From a virus, in IMG/VR virus record IMGVR_UViG_3300045051_001056, positions 1 through 64,000 of that record: DNA of 64,000 bases; one strand, given 5' to 3'. Every line of letters starts with the position of its first letter. Position 1 is the stretch's first letter. The translations under genes and the position numbers were made by a program. Shown in pieces: positions 21,116 through 30,138 of the stretch. The notes below the pieces were generated by a model that saw nothing but the letters and a program-made list of their open reading frames with translations, had not been told where the DNA came from and made no database searches.

Positions 21116-23335
21116 TTAAGCATCTTCGAAATAATTTTTAATGTTTAATGTACCCTTAGAATTTCTAACAAAATATTTATCAAATTGTAAACCAACGGTA
21201 ATACCCTTATCACGATTCATTGCATTTTCTATATACTTTTGACGGTCTTCTCTGAGTAACATTAACATACCGGCCGCAGATACTCGGTCAAAGTTTCCAT
21301 CTATACTCCACTTCATAGCTTCTAACAAAAGAGCTATCGATCTTATCTTGTGCAAATTAAGAATGTTAGAACCGTCTTCTTGGATCCCGTATGCCGGTGT
21401 TAGCATCCAGTCTGCAAACAATCGTCTAGCTCTGGCATTAATAAATTTACCTGAGTTCGTGCCTTTACTTTTATTTCCGTACATATTGCCCCTAATCATC
21501 TCCACATCCTTTAGTGACTGCAACGTATCGCTCAACAGATATAGGGAATTTTTCCTATCAAAATACTGAAACAAACCTTTTTTATCATTTTCGTAATTAG
21601 CCACTGCATTATAATAGAGCAATAGCCTTCTGCACATCTCATAAAAATCATTGGCAAATTTCGGCCTGCCAGTATATTCGGCCACAATCCTATCTGTAAA
21701 TAAATCTAAAATAAGAATAGAGCCTAATGACACAGTCGTGCTCTCATCGTCATCATATGGGTCTATACCAGCGATATATCTTCCCCGCTGGGCTTCTCCA
21801 TTAACTAGAAATGGCTTTTCAAATATCTCTATGCACCCCTCGTATTTATTATCCTTTAATGGAAACTCTCTAATAGGTTTTGCAAACCCATTGAGGCGCC
21901 ATTCTACCTGACCACTTGGATTAAATACCAAATCACCAATATAATGTGGGCCAACAAATTCATCTAATCTAGGCATCACTTTTTCAAGATATTCTCGTAT
22001 ATCTGCCACAGGGAATAGTGTTCCCTCGAATTTCATCATGGAGTCTTGCGGCGTTATCGGAAACTCAGCCTTTCTGTGAGTAATTGTCCTTGGATCAGAC
22101 GAACTCTTTTTTATTCTAAATAGCTCTACAAATAATTCCTTCAGCGCCTTGGTAACATCTGGCATTCCATTCTCATCATAGCAATTGGCCCTATTAAGAT
22201 ACGCTCCCCAGAAAAATCCACACTCGCCCTGACCATTAGTGTTTCTATCATATACATTTTTAAGAGGCATAATATTATATGATTTTGGAGCATAAAACAT
22301 ATCTTCAGCACCCTCAAAATCAGACCCCTCTGTTCCGCCAGTACCACCTGCAATCAATTGTGCGAACACATTTTCCCCATCCTCAACAGAAGCTCTACTT
22401 AATTGCCAGGCTTTCTTTATGTGTGGATAAGAGCCGTACTCCTCAAATATAATATCGCCACGTTTACCCCTTATCTTATCTGGATCATCCTTTGTGGATA
22501 TGCCCATTATATCAGATTTCATTCCTCTCTCTGTTCCAGTTCTGGTATCTATATATCCAATACGTTTCTCAAGATTGGAATTCTTGGTTCTTAATCTAGG
22601 AAAAGGGGTATGTTCTGCTAGGAAGTCTAAATAGTCCCACGCCTTAGTGATTACACCATCCTTTGTAAGATATTGCATATCATGAGCCACATAGAATGTA
22701 TGCGACTTCTCTTTAAATAAAGCATTTCGTGGACCTATCGATGCCATCTTAAAAGAGTTTCCAATACCACGCACCTTTAATAATTCTGCATGCTCACCCC
22801 TATCCTTTGCCTGCTCTATATAATGCCAAAATAGATAATCTCCTAGAAAGATATTTCCAAAATCCTGAACCCTCTCAGAACGCTTTCCCTTTCCAAGTCT
22901 AACAGTCTTTGCTATTGGACAATAATTCCAATACCAATATAATGAACCTGGTATCCATTCACCATCTTCACGCACAAGACCCTCCCTTATCCTACGCTTT
23001 TCCTCTCTCCAAAATACTGCATAAGAAGATTTTGGATGTCTATTGGCTGGAAAATCTGTATACTTCCCAGACTTTCTATAATTATCTGCAGCCTGTGTAA
23101 AGAACCTCATATTTTCTAGCCGGTGAGGATTCGTTATATCCACTATTATTCTACCAAGATCATCCTTCTCTAAATCCGAAACACTTGGTATGTTTGGAGA
23201 AATCAGTCTTTGAATAAATACTATTTCATCTATTGCAGAATTTATTTCTTCTACAATTTCCTTATTTAAACCCTCATAATAACGATCATTAAGAGGAGTA
23301 TTGTAATCATTAGTTTGTCTGAATTGTTCTATCAT
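21116..23335 (-). CDS. terL: terminase large subunit
   Basis: 739 aa; LKVRGIGNSFK (Walker A variant), IFEEYG (Walker B), GGTGG, AGIDPYD nuclease motif, FDRVSA. Confidence 0.92.
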   Translation of the reverse strand: MIEQFRQTNDYNTPLNDRYYEGLNKEIVEEINSAIDEIVFIQRLISPNIPSVSDLEKDDLGRIIVDITNPHRLENMRFFTQAADNYRKSGKYTDFPANRHPKSSYAVFWREEKRRIREGLVREDGEWIPGSLYWYWNYCPIAKTVRLGKGKRSERVQDFGNIFLGDYLFWHYIEQAKDRGEHAELLKVRGIGNSFKMASIGPRNALFKEKSHTFYVAHDMQYLTKDGVITKAWDYLDFLAEHTPFPRLRTKNSNLEKRIGYIDTRTGTERGMKSDIMGISTKDDPDKIRGKRGDIIFEEYGSYPHIKKAWQLSRASVEDGENVFAQLIAGGTGGTEGSDFEGAEDMFYAPKSYNIMPLKNVYDRNTNGQGECGFFWGAYLNRANCYDENGMPDVTKALKELFVELFRIKKSSSDPRTITHRKAEFPITPQDSMMKFEGTLFPVADIREYLEKVMPRLDEFVGPHYIGDLVFNPSGQVEWRLNGFAKPIREFPLKDNKYEGCIEIFEKPFLVNGEAQRGRYIAGIDPYDDDESTTVSLGSILILDLFTDRIVAEYTGRPKFANDFYEMCRRLLLYYNAVANYENDKKGLFQYFDRKNSLYLLSDTLQSLKDVEMIRGNMYGNKSKGTNSGKFINARARRLFADWMLTPAYGIQEDGSNILNLHKIRSIALLLEAMKWSIDGNFDRVSAAGMLMLLREDRQKYIENAMNRDKGITVGLQFDKYFVRNSKGTLNIKNYFEDA

Positions 23336-23907
23336 AACTCGCCATCTTCAAATAATGCCTTCTGCTGTGAGCCACGGTGTGAATCTCGCATGTCTTTTTC
23401 ACGAAGTACGCGTTCTTCTAGCTCCTGTAACGTGGTAATCATTTTTGGCAAGTTTGTTATAAATGATTGAACCTTAGTCATATCATATTTTGGCTTATCT
23501 CCAAACTTAGTCTCTATAACCGCATCTAATTCCTCAGATGCCTTCTTAGACCATTTGCTCATATTGTCTATGATGGTTCTTGCATCCTCTAACATTCTAA
23601 CTGCTACAGAATATGAGTTCTTCTTATAAGTGTCGATAGCTCTTAGTACGGCACCATCAGGCTTCCAACCCTTTGGCAGTCCATCTAGTACCTCTATAAT
23701 AGCGGCCATTCTCTCTTCCTCATCTATGATCTGCACAAAATCAGAACTCCAATCGCAGAAGAACCATACAAATGCCAACTCAGCCATAGCAACTGGCTTT
23801 CCTTTTATTTTGTCTCTCCTAATCAAAGAAGAAAAGTCCTTAATAAGCAAAACCTCCGGCTCAAAGTCAAGCACAAAGGTGTCTAAATCCATATTAAATA
23901 TCTTCAT
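23332..23907 (-). CDS. putative terminase small subunit
   Basis: 191 aa helical protein overlapping the TerL start; RGSQQKALFED tail. Confidence 0.55.
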   Translation of the reverse strand: MKIFNMDLDTFVLDFEPEVLLIKDFSSLIRRDKIKGKPVAMAELAFVWFFCDWSSDFVQIIDEEERMAAIIEVLDGLPKGWKPDGAVLRAIDTYKKNSYSVAVRMLEDARTIIDNMSKWSKKASEELDAVIETKFGDKPKYDMTKVQSFITNLPKMITTLQELEERVLREKDMRDSHRGSQQKALFEDGEL

Positions 23908-23944
23908 ACATAAAGTTTAAAGGGGGAATTTCTTCCCCCATTGC

Positions 23945-24433
23945 TTAAACAGACTCCCCTCCGGGTTTACCACTCGATTTTGTTTTCGTATCGAAAACGC
24001 TTTCATCCCACCAATATTCTACGTCGCCCTGGTCTATCTCAAGATATTCCTCGCCACCGAATTCTACAAGTGGAATGTAATATTCTAATTTAGTCTCATC
24101 AAACTGACTGCCGTCCTTTAGTGATTTGTAATTCTTTGGCCTTACAAATCTAGACAAATTAATCTTTACCCAATCGCCCACGCCAAAACCGACTTTCTCT
24201 AACTGAGCTTCTGCGGGAATAATGGTTGTGCTATTATATCGGATATCTGTGGCCCTAATTTTCCTTTCATACGTCTTGACGTACGGACCCATGGCAACAA
24301 CTTTCTGTATATCACTCATTTCGTATTGACCTGGAAGGATCAACGATGACTCTTTCTGCTTCTTCAGTGTTGTCACTAACATTAACCCCTTCGTCATGTT
24401 GGGAACTTTTTTTAATAATTGCTTTTCGTGCAT
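23945..24433 (-). CDS. GroES-like co-chaperonin
   Basis: SSLILPG, KVVAMGP, GVGDWV and EEYLEIDQGDV resemble the Cpn10 pattern. Confidence 0.55.
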   Translation of the reverse strand: MHEKQLLKKVPNMTKGLMLVTTLKKQKESSLILPGQYEMSDIQKVVAMGPYVKTYERKIRATDIRYNSTTIIPAEAQLEKVGFGVGDWVKINLSRFVRPKNYKSLKDGSQFDETKLEYYIPLVEFGGEEYLEIDQGDVEYWWDESVFDTKTKSSGKPGGESV

Positions 24434-24659
24434 AGTCTATTCTACTTAATGTTGTATATAATTTAAAAATTCTTGGTATATTGAAATTTACTTTCGCCTC
24501 CCTAAGATCGTCCTCTGTGTTTAAAATGCTGAAATCTTTGCCCTCCAAGGTTTTTCTTATAAATTTAAACATGTCAGTGTAGATTAACTCGGCCGTGCGA
24601 ACATCCACGCCATTTTCTCGAGCAATATCTTCTATGATCTTAGAGATAATTCTATCCAT
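24312..24659 (-). CDS. HU/IHF-like DNA-binding protein
   Basis: IIEDIARENGV...MFKFIRKTL...FNIPRIFKLY pattern. Confidence 0.5.
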   Translation of the reverse strand: MDRIISKIIEDIARENGVDVRTAELIYTDMFKFIRKTLEGKDFSILNTEDDLREAKVNFNIPRIFKLYTTLSRIDYARKAIIKKSSQHDEGVNVSDNTEEAERVIVDPSRSIRNE

Positions 24660-25029
24660 TAATTATAAAGTTAAATATTAACTTAAAATTGTCCGAGCCT
24701 ATCTCATAATTTGGTATCATCTTCTCATTCAACCTATTATCTAGTATAACTCCTTTGGCTCTCATTGAGCTGAGATAGTTTTGGAATGAACCCATTTTAC
24801 ACCCAACCTCATCCATAATTTCCTTCCTAGTTTCCGTAGAAAACAAGAGCTTATCAACTATATCTTCATCTTTTATGTGTATCATATATTGATATCTCTT
24901 CTTAAGAAACTTAAGAAATATCACCGATTCAGCTTCTGTCAACTTGTGTAGTGGCTTGGTGACAGCAACCCAATAGTCAAATAATTTATCCTCACTGGTT
25001 TTAATTGTCGCCACATTTGCATTCTTCAT
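24652..25029 (-). CDS. putative HTH DNA-binding protein
   Basis: RKEIMDEVGCKMGSFQNYLSSMRAKGVI helix-turn-helix-like segment. Confidence 0.5.
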   Translation of the reverse strand: MKNANVATIKTSEDKLFDYWVAVTKPLHKLTEAESVIFLKFLKKRYQYMIHIKDEDIVDKLLFSTETRKEIMDEVGCKMGSFQNYLSSMRAKGVILDNRLNEKMIPNYEIGSDNFKLIFNFIING

Positions 25030-25249
25030 CTTCTCTTTTGATTAAGAAATCTTTACCGTATTTTTCTCGGTATAATTGCCGCCATATATCTATATCCGTC
25101 CTTCCTATGGAAACGCTCCCGCAATCGTCGCAATAGGATCCAAGTCCGTCTCCTTCATTTATAATTTTTATCCCGAAGCACGTCTTACAATAATACATTG
25201 GAACATGGTTAAACTCCTCCTTGTTTTTTGGTATATTATTCTCCTTCAT
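25001..25249 (-). CDS. small zinc-ribbon protein
   Basis: CKTC...CDDC. Confidence 0.5.
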   Translation of the reverse strand: MKENNIPKNKEEFNHVPMYYCKTCFGIKIINEGDGLGSYCDDCGSVSIGRTDIDIWRQLYREKYGKDFLIKREDEECKCGDN

Positions 25250-25457
25250 ATGATTGAGCTATTTCATTTACATTCCAACCCAGAGACTCTCGCATCTCCC
25301 TTAGCGCCTTAGATAGATTTGATAATGCAGACATTTCCACCTCTGACCTAGCCTCAGACATTTCTTTTAAGCCAGAAACTGATCTTAATGTTTCATTTGC
25401 ACTATCAGTGATAAGCTTGAGGCGATCTAAATTCATGTAGTATTGCTTGGATGTCAT
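25236..25457 (-). CDS. hypothetical protein
   Basis: 73 aa, coupled overlaps on both sides. Confidence 0.45.
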   Translation of the reverse strand: MTSKQYYMNLDRLKLITDSANETLRSVSGLKEMSEARSEVEMSALSNLSKALREMRESLGWNVNEIAQSYEGE

Positions 25458-25915
25458 AATATGATATTTTTAATGGTCAATTTATCAGAATCCGTCAAAT
25501 TAATATATAGTTCCAGAACTCCATTTTCAAATATATTCTCAAAACCTTGAATTATTTTTCCACTAATATTAAACTTAATCTTGAATGGAGCCTTTGCATC
25601 CTTATTTGCCCTTATGGCATCCCTACACAGTTCAACCGACAAAAAGTTATCACTCCACTCTATGGACGTGAATCCCTTGGGAACATTCTGCATGCCAATT
25701 TTTGTGATGAAAACAAATTGATTCTCTTTATATTCTCTAATTTCAGCCCAGAGTAGATTTGGATAACCGTATACACAATCTACTCTCACGTCTGGTTTAT
25801 CTCCACCTTTTTGCTCTTTTTTATTAAGCCCTTTTGCCAACTCATTTTGTAGAAATAATATAGATCCCTCAATCTCTTTAAGTTTTTTCCCTAAAATTTC
25901 TAATTTGTCTGTCAT
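25454..25915 (-). CDS. hypothetical protein, possibly Hsp20/alpha-crystallin-like
   Basis: C-terminal FENGVLELYI resembles the Hsp20 xxNGvLxi motif. Confidence 0.35.
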   Translation of the reverse strand: MTDKLEILGKKLKEIEGSILFLQNELAKGLNKKEQKGGDKPDVRVDCVYGYPNLLWAEIREYKENQFVFITKIGMQNVPKGFTSIEWSDNFLSVELCRDAIRANKDAKAPFKIKFNISGKIIQGFENIFENGVLELYINLTDSDKLTIKNIIL

Positions 25916-25930
25916 AATTTAATAATTTTA

Positions 25931-26227
25931 CTATTTATAGTTTTCATAAATTCCGATTCTCATACAGCAGTTCTTATATTTAACTGGAATCATCGATTTA
26001 TTATACCAAAGGGCTTCATCCCTCTTTTTCGAAAATTCCTCAAAATCCCCGCACTCTCCAAGATCTATTTCTTTTTCAATAAATTTTCCACATGGACAAG
26101 GATCATTCCTGCCTATTTTTGGATATTCCCTAATCAAAGGAAAAATTGTCGGGGGTAGCATAACTCCAATATTGTGAGAATCAATACCAGCCTTCTTGGC
26201 TATAAGTTTTCTTTCTCGTCTATTCAT
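25931..26227 (-). CDS. SEC-C motif protein with split motif
   Basis: KIGRNDPCPCGK ... KYKNCC. Confidence 0.6.
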   Translation of the reverse strand: MNRRERKLIAKKAGIDSHNIGVMLPPTIFPLIREYPKIGRNDPCPCGKFIEKEIDLGECGDFEEFSKKRDEALWYNKSMIPVKYKNCCMRIGIYENYK

Positions 26228-26229
26228 TA

Positions 26230-26427
26230 TTAATAGGTTAACTTCTTGAATATCATTATAGCATCTTCGCCCTCAAAAATAAACTCCTCCTTCTGTTTGT
26301 CTACATTCTTGGTGTCCATTTTTATAACACATTTGCGATTCTCCTTACTCCAGATTATTTCGTCAATATGACTGTTAAAAAATGATTCATTAATCTGTTT
26401 TAAAATGTTCCTACTTTGTTCTGTCAT
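26230..26427 (-). CDS. hypothetical protein
   Basis: 65 aa coupled ORF. Confidence 0.4.
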   Translation of the reverse strand: MTEQSRNILKQINESFFNSHIDEIIWSKENRKCVIKMDTKNVDKQKEEFIFEGEDAIMIFKKLTY

Positions 26428-26657
26428 CTTTCTATATAAGCCTTAATATAGTCTTCAATCTCTTCAAATCCAATCCTAAATAACAACTTCTTTACTGGAC
26501 CCTCCTCGCCAACTCTAATACAAATAAATTCTTCCGAAGATGGATCCTCGTCTATTACTACATATTCTATCACACGATCCTCTCGGTCTATGAGGATATC
26601 GCCTGGGGCAACATCCTCTGGCTCCACCGCATTAGAATATTTCAATCTAATTGTCAT
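26424..26657 (-). CDS. hypothetical protein
   Basis: 77 aa coupled ORF. Confidence 0.45.
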   Translation of the reverse strand: MTIRLKYSNAVEPEDVAPGDILIDREDRVIEYVVIDEDPSSEEFICIRVGEEGPVKKLLFRIGFEEIEDYIKAYIER

Positions 26658-26812
26658 TTTATCTCCTTCAATTTTTCATAAATATCGTGGTCGGCTATCA
26701 TGCATGCCTCGCAATTCTTGCATTTATAGAACCACTTTTTACCATCGCTACATTCTCCTGTGCGACTAAATATCCAACTGTGTAATCCGAGGAAACATAA
26801 CAATTTTTTCAT
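26654..26812 (-). CDS. small Cys/His protein (DUF1660-like), not in the ORF track
   Basis: Hand translation MKKLLCFLGLHSW...YKCKNC...; start and stop overlap both neighbours. Confidence 0.5.
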   Translation of the reverse strand: MKKLLCFLGLHSWIFSRTGECSDGKKWFYKCKNCEACMIADHDIYEKLKEIK

Positions 26813-27762
26813 TATCGTGCCACACTTATTATAAGATTTTTCCTTTCGTCTTTCCCTAAATCGCTGGACCTAGACCTAGATACCGCACCACACTTACATC
26901 TGTAAGTCGCATATCTTCCCGCTGGAGTGTAATAGAAGTTGCCATCTGGCTCAACTTCCTCGCCGCCACAGTTAGGACATATCGTTTTTTCACCTTCGCC
27001 ATATAGGGCAATATTCGCATGAGACTTAATCCATGGCCTAAGTCTAAGATAAACCTCTTCAAGCACAATTACATCATTAACATTATAGTCTTGCATCTTC
27101 TGCAAAGCCTCATCACTACCAGCAAGAGAGTCTACCCATAATTGATATGGAGCATATGACTTACCATTCATTCCAAATAACTTAGCAAGACCGTCAAGCT
27201 TATTAGAACTGAAGCCAAACTGTTTCTGTGCAATAAGTTTTGTGTCAACCTGCTGATATGGTGATGTAGGAGGTAGTCCCCACTTAATCATCCTTGCATT
27301 TATCTTGGGTATATCAAATGAATTTCCATTATGCGCAATAACGATATCTGCCCTATTAAGTACATCCCACAGAGACCTTACGATTCTTTCATCATTCTCC
27401 TCAAGGGCTTCTCTTCCAGTAATCTTTTCAGACATAACTTCTGCTGAAAACAGCCATTTAGCACTCCATGTAAGCATAAACCAATCGCAAACTATAGAAT
27501 CAATGCTAATATCTTGCTTCCACAATCTCCATACATATGCCTTGATGGGCGCAGTTTCAATATCGAGAATTAAAATATTGGGAAGCTTCGGCAATTCCTT
27601 CGACATTTCCTCTCCGCGGATAGTTGCTCTAGCTATCTTCCTGGCTTCAACTATTTCCTCCGGGGTACATCTAAACCAGCGGCTCAATCTCCCTGCCCCC
27701 ATTTCAATTATATAGGGCCTCGCAATCATCTTGCCAACAACATAGTCAATTTTTTTAGACAT
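26812..27762 (-). CDS. DEDD(y) 3'-5' exonuclease (RNase H-like fold) with C-terminal Zn ribbon
   Basis: LDIETAP, AHNGNSFDIP, YNVNDV; CPNCG...CKCG. Confidence 0.85.
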   Translation of the reverse strand: MSKKIDYVVGKMIARPYIIEMGAGRLSRWFRCTPEEIVEARKIARATIRGEEMSKELPKLPNILILDIETAPIKAYVWRLWKQDISIDSIVCDWFMLTWSAKWLFSAEVMSEKITGREALEENDERIVRSLWDVLNRADIVIAHNGNSFDIPKINARMIKWGLPPTSPYQQVDTKLIAQKQFGFSSNKLDGLAKLFGMNGKSYAPYQLWVDSLAGSDEALQKMQDYNVNDVIVLEEVYLRLRPWIKSHANIALYGEGEKTICPNCGGEEVEPDGNFYYTPAGRYATYRCKCGAVSRSRSSDLGKDERKNLIISVAR

Positions 27763-27792
27763 TCAATAAATGTTTAGTTTTTTAAAACAATA

Positions 27793-27824
27793 CAAATATA
27801 ATACACTTTAGCCGAATCTCCAAA
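27793..27824 (-). promoter_or_regulatory. canonical Bacteroidota sigma70 promoter
   Basis: TTTG-N20-TATATTTG upstream of the exonuclease. Confidence 0.7.
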
Positions 27825-27859
27825 GAAATTGTTAATTATTTTCTATCATTTAACATTAT

Positions 27860-28171
27860 TTAACAATAGAGGTCGATATTCTTTCTGATCTCATCGTTTA
27901 GCGTGATTAGATATAGTCCTGAGTTAGCCTTCTCCATTTCTATCTGACCCATTAAGCGCAATTCCTCTAATGTTTTTAGTAAGATTTCTGGCGGAATCTT
28001 TAATTTAATCGCATCCTTTTCTAGGTATAACGTGTATCTCTCTTCTCGCCTACTGTTGAAATGATGTATCCTAATCAAAAGCATAATAAGCCATAGGGGT
28101 ACATCTTCCTTAAAATAAGCAAGCGCCCCCTCAGTGACGACGCTATACGGTACGTTTGTCTTTGTCTTCAT
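27860..28171 (-). CDS. putative winged-helix protein
   Basis: DAIKLKIPPEILLKTLEELRLMGQIE wHTH-like segment. Confidence 0.4.
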   Translation of the reverse strand: MKTKTNVPYSVVTEGALAYFKEDVPLWLIMLLIRIHHFNSRREERYTLYLEKDAIKLKIPPEILLKTLEELRLMGQIEMEKANSGLYLITLNDEIRKNIDLYC

Positions 28172-28173
28172 AA

Positions 28174-28371
28174 TTAATTCTTTTTAAATTGTCTTTTTAT
28201 GCATTTTAAGCACTTCAAAATCTTTTCATCTAAATTAACTCCTGCGACCTCATGAAGGAACCGAACATACTCGACATCTTTAGCCATAATATGTACAAAT
28301 TTTTCCCCCCTGTATTTGCCAAAAGGAATCTCATCTTCAAATTTATAAACTATTTTTGTTGTGAATTTCAT
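28174..28371 (-). CDS. small protein with PFGKY motif
   Basis: IPFGKYRGEKF (exonuclease X C-terminal / DUF3820-like motif). Confidence 0.5.
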   Translation of the reverse strand: MKFTTKIVYKFEDEIPFGKYRGEKFVHIMAKDVEYVRFLHEVAGVNLDEKILKCLKCIKRQFKKN

Positions 28372-28457
28372 TCTTCGTAATTTAAAATAAACATTTGACT
28401 ATGCCTAATCCAAATAGATAACTACACCAATGCCTTTCAAATGTCGGATCATGGTTA

Positions 28458-28733
28458 CTAGCCATGATGATGCTTCTTTTCTGAAATATTTGAAAACGTT
28501 TTACCATCGCTGGTCATAACATAATAAGACGAATCCCTATACAATGGTATGATCGATTCTGAGTCCTCAAAACAAACCAAGCCGTACACGTTGTCTAATT
28601 TGGCATCATCCCATAATTCAACCCTAAAATCAAATTCGTCTTTGTTTTCCTCCCTTAAAACTAACACATATTCAATTCCCAAAGCTGTGTTAATTTCCAA
28701 TTTTTCATCTGCAATTCTTCTTAAGATAAACAT
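28458..28733 (-). CDS. hypothetical protein
   Basis: 91 aa, YYVMTSDGKTF; first gene after the leftward promoter. Confidence 0.55.
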   Translation of the reverse strand: MFILRRIADEKLEINTALGIEYVLVLREENKDEFDFRVELWDDAKLDNVYGLVCFEDSESIIPLYRDSSYYVMTSDGKTFSNISEKKHHHG

Positions 28734-28794
28734 GTCTGTGTGTATTTATATGTTTTGATCTACTTTTGGCGAGATCAATTTGCCGCTTATTCTG

Positions 28795-28825
28795 CAAATA
28801 TAATACAAATAAATTGAAAAACAAA
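28795..28825 (-). promoter_or_regulatory. canonical Bacteroidota sigma70 promoter starting the leftward arm
   Basis: TTTG-N19-TATATTTG. Confidence 0.7.
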
Positions 28826-28962
28826 ATCCTAAAAAAAATTTCTGAAAATTTTCTGCATATCTGTAAAAGAGGGGACCATCCTCTCGTTAGACCCGCACTT
28901 AGCTTTGCGAGGTTGCCATACCCGCCATGTTTGCGCCGTTGCAACATGAATTTATTTTTATT

Positions 28963-29343
28963 ATGAAGCAGACATTTAATTTTCAGGGATTCGTTGCGTT
29001 TGTAACAGAGAAAGCGTTATTGCTACCTGGACGCAGTGAGTTGTTAGCGAAATTCGGCATTCTGAGTGTTGATAGTACGCATGTGACCGGCAAGTTCAGC
29101 AGAGCATTTGAGCAAACTGATGGCACGCAAGTAACATTACAGAGCATTGGGCTGTTCACTGGCATCGACACAGCGCCTGTATTTGCACGCATTCCGAGTG
29201 GCACAGCGAAGAACTGCAAGTATTTTGACATCGCCGCATTTGCCACCAGGAGCGACTACACTGTACCGAGCACTGGCAAGGTGATCCCAGCAGGGCACGT
29301 GTATTTCACAGCAACACCGGTTGTAGACGAGACTGAGGAGTAA
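28963..29343 (+). CDS. hypothetical protein, first gene of the rightward arm
   Basis: MKQTFNF... start after an AT-rich leader; visibly higher GC than neighbours. Confidence 0.65.
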   Translation: MKQTFNFQGFVAFVTEKALLLPGRSELLAKFGILSVDSTHVTGKFSRAFEQTDGTQVTLQSIGLFTGIDTAPVFARIPSGTAKNCKYFDIAAFATRSDYTVPSTGKVIPAGHVYFTATPVVDETEE

Positions 29344-29369
29344 TTAGAAATCTTTAAAAATCCAGAGCC

Positions 29370-29507
29370 ATGAGTGATGATAAGTATATAGTAGAAACAT
29401 TCCACATTCGTAGCAGGGAGGACCTGGAGAGTGCAATCGAGCAAATGAAAGACATGCTTGATCAATGGAAGAATGGAATGAGCCTTGAGGAATTTGAGGC
29501 CCATTAG
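29370..29507 (+). CDS. 45-aa hypothetical protein, not in the ORF track
   Basis: MSDDKYIVETFHIRSREDLESAIEQMKDMLDQWKNGMSLEEFEAH, followed by hairpin AAGGG-TGTAACAG-CCCTT. Confidence 0.5.
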   Translation: MSDDKYIVETFHIRSREDLESAIEQMKDMLDQWKNGMSLEEFEAH

Positions 29508-29636
29508 TACGAAGGGTGTAACAGCCCTTTGAATCACACATGCTCGGATACTGCTGTAATAGATTGACGAACTGTCGTCAGGGTCCTGGAGATTATTTAA
29601 TGATAATGGGTGGATAGGATAATAGTCCACCCTTTT

Positions 29637-29723
29637 TAAGAAAGAGAAAAAGAAGAGAAAGAAAAGAAGAAAAGAAAGTACCAAAGAAAAGAAGAATAGA
29701 AAGAGAAGAAAAAGAGAAAGAAT
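29637..29723. repeat. polypurine mirror repeat (H-DNA type)
   Basis: 41-nt arms 29637-29677 and 29683-29723 read identically outward from the GTACC centre, with one mismatch. Confidence 0.9.
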
Positions 29724-30072
29724 CCGTGGACAAAAATTTGTCTATTTTCACTTCCCCCCTTCAGGGGGGTTAGGGGGGTGGACAGTCAACTGTTTGGGTT
29801 TATTGCAACAGCCTACGGCGTTCCCAATCAAAAGGAAAATGAGGGGCTTTATTTTCTCTGGGATAATTCTTCTTTGATTTGGAAGAGTGTTAACATGATG
29901 TAGTTTTAAATTGATTGAGCTTTATGGGTGAGAGATGTGTCTGATTATTAGAGAGATAAACGAGATATTTATTGTAAAGAAAGTGATGATATGTTCTCTC
30001 ACCCTTGTTTTAACAGCATTTATCAACTTGCATTTTTATCAATTATTTTATTTATCGCTAAATTATTATATT

Positions 30073-30138
30073 ATGTGTTGGATTCCTAGACCGGCTGGTC
30101 GCCCATTGGGCAGCAAGAACAGGCCGAAAAAAAAGTAG
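30073..30138 (+). CDS. 21-aa AT-hook-like micropeptide
   Basis: MCWIPRPAGRPLGSKNRPKKK after an AT-rich leader. Confidence 0.35.
   Translation: MCWIPRPAGRPLGSKNRPKKK

Noticed and set aside
21116-23335. Intron or intein in TerL or other core genes
   Set aside because: The ORFs are continuous and of ordinary length, with no intein or homing endonuclease motifs
203-28758. Numerous short plus-strand ORFs opposite the structural genes (and minus-strand ORFs opposite the right arm)
   Set aside because: Antisense shadows of long coding genes with no motifs or plausible initiation context
29256-29684. Minus-strand 142-aa ORF with hydrophobic F/L-rich N-terminus
   Set aside because: The apparent signal peptide is just the translated pyrimidine strand of the mirror repeat, and it overlaps better plus-strand ORFs
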